From Geosiphon pyriformis uo1 (Eukaryota; Fungi; Glomeromycota), in contig JAAOMT010000579.1 of assembly GCA_016748015.1 (NCBI GenBank), positions 1 through 10,687 on the forward strand: 10,687 nt of DNA, read 5' to 3'. This document shows, piece after piece, positions 8,950 to 10,687 of the stretch. The translations under genes and the position numbers were made by a program. The number at the start of each line of letters is the position of its first letter. Positions within the stretch are counted from its first letter, which is position 1. The notes beneath the pieces were generated by a model. That model was given only the letters and a program-made list of their open reading frames with translations. It was not told the DNA's origin and ran no database searches.

Positions 8950-9570
8950 CCACTACTATGCCCCATATCACACACCATACCCACCATACCCACCTATGCC
9001 CCATACCCCAATATCCACCCACTACCACCATCCCATACCCACCCATTCCACACCATGCCCTATGTGGCCCCAACTACCCAATCTGCCACATGATGTGGCC
9101 CCAACCCAAACTGCAACAGATCCCCCATATCCCACAGGATATGCCCACTGGAACCCATATGCCACAATGTAGTACCCATGTAGTCCCATTATATACCCCA
9201 TGTACCACCCATATGCCAATGTTGGCATCCATACACCCATAGCCCCTGTGATACCACCAATGTCCCCTATCCACCTACCCACCATACCTCTATTGACCCA
9301 TATGTCCCGTATTACCCACCATTCCACACTACTACCCACAAGATGTGATACCTCCCATCATACCAGGAGGTGATACCCTAGTAGTCCCTATACACCATTA
9401 TCCCCTATGTGGTACCCATTCCACTTCGAGGGGCCCCTAACCAACTATCCCAACCATACCCTACCACACCACTCCAATAGGGCTCCAAATAGCCGCCGTC
9501 AACCACAGGGCTCCAAGTAGCCAACATTGACCCACAAGAACACAACCACCTTACCCATAGCCCCAACCAC
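8950..9570 (+). pseudogene. Possible Ty3 gag remnant preceding the protease
   Basis: Mainly positional (directly upstream of the protease in the next unit). Weak PKLQQ (L.Q motif, ~9104-9118) and YPLCGTH (zinc-knuckle-like, ~9400-9420). Low-complexity sequence. Confidence 0.25.
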
Positions 9571-10687
9571 CACTACAACCTACACTGGCTCCCCGTAGCC
9601 CCCTTACCACTACCTACACACCAGTAGCACCTTCAATCTAAGGGCATAAACGATGCCCCTTCTAGCCCTAGCCCTATCCACCTACACACAGAGAGCTCTT
9701 ACCACCTAGCCTCCCACACAGGGACACATGCCCACCCCATGGCTACTCAGCCACAATCCCTATCCACCACACCCCATCTTGCTGCGCAGCCTAATAGCCC
9801 TATCTTCCCCATGGCTACCTATAGCCCTCTCCCCATAGGGGATACCACCACAAATCCCACTAATAACCCATGGCTACACATAGCCAACCATTACCACCAC
9901 TACCCTAATGAGATACCCCACATGGCTCCAGCCATATCACCTTTGACCCTAGACCCCAAAGGATACACAACCACTACCCTTACCCATATAGCCCCCATAC
10001 ATGGCTCTAGCCATCACCCATTACCTACATGGCTCCCGTAGCAATGCCACCTCTACCCAAAGTATACACCAACCACACCCTAGCCCCTATTAAGATACCC
10101 CCTATCACCCAATGTAGCCCTATATCCCACTATATGCCCCACCACACACCATATCCCTATACCACATACCCTATGCCCGGATGTGGCACCTATATACCAC
10201 TATACCACTTCTCCACCATACCCTATGCCCCCCAACTGCAACAGGATGTGGCCAATATCCCCTATCTGCCCCATACCCATATCCCCAGGATACCCATCCA
10301 ATATCCCATATATCCCACCCTATGTGCCACCATGCCTCATGATGGAGCCCTATCCACTATCCCACACCATATCCAAATCTCCCCTACCACCCAGTGGTCC
10401 CAATCTATGGTACCCGTTGACCAACAACCACTACCATACACAACTCCAATCTCCCTATCCCAACCAAATCTCAAAACCAAATACAAAACCAATTCCATGG
10501 TAAACCCAATACCATGACCCCTAAAAACTAACCAATCCCCAACTCTCTAAAAACCAGGACCAATGTACCAATCTAACACCAAGGACCCTAAATAACACCC
10601 AAAACCAAGAATCCCATTACTACCCAGTCCAAGTCGTGTGGGGGACAGGGCTCTGGAGAGGACCCCGGGTCAAAGGGTGGGGGGGGG
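9571..10687 (+). repeat. Direct repeat copy 2 (circular overlap or next tandem unit)
   Basis: Begins cactacaacctacactgg like position 1 and runs to the window end, matching 1-1117. Confidence 0.98.
9670..10687 (+). pseudogene. pol: Repeat copy of the Ty3 protease and RT N-terminus remnant
   Basis: Matches 100-1117. Confidence 0.6.

Noticed and set aside
1-9570. Mitochondrial genome, rDNA unit, tRNA genes or CRISPR array
   Set aside because: No respiratory-gene, rRNA or tRNA signatures were recognised, and there is no regular repeat-spacer pattern.

Overview
This window looks like eukaryotic repeat DNA. Bases 1-1117 recur at 9571-10687 with no mismatch I could find, so the real unit is 9570 bp (a circle or a tandem array). 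The supplied short ORFs are not genes in their own right. Translating by hand through the stop codons shows the unit is a mosaic of dead retroelements. (1) A near-complete Ty3/gypsy (chromovirus-like) pol lies on + (protease, RT, RNase H, integrase, probable chromodomain; ~100-4100). (2) A second Ty3 integrase plus chromodomain follows directly on + (~4330-5845). (3) A DIRS/PAT-type tyrosine-recombinase retrotransposon lies on - (RT, RNase H, MT-like ~8790-7200; YR 7140-6082). The unusual feature is how these have decayed. Substitution is extreme, with most catalytic motifs destroyed and all three stop types present, yet motifs stay in one frame for 1-1.7 kb at a time. Composition flips between C/A-rich and G/T-rich patches inside one gene, short hairpins and local repeats are common, and one CpG-rich palindromic island overlies the DIRS RT N-terminus. 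All domain calls are by-eye motif matches against remembered family consensus. No search was run, boundaries are approximate and the host cannot be identified.
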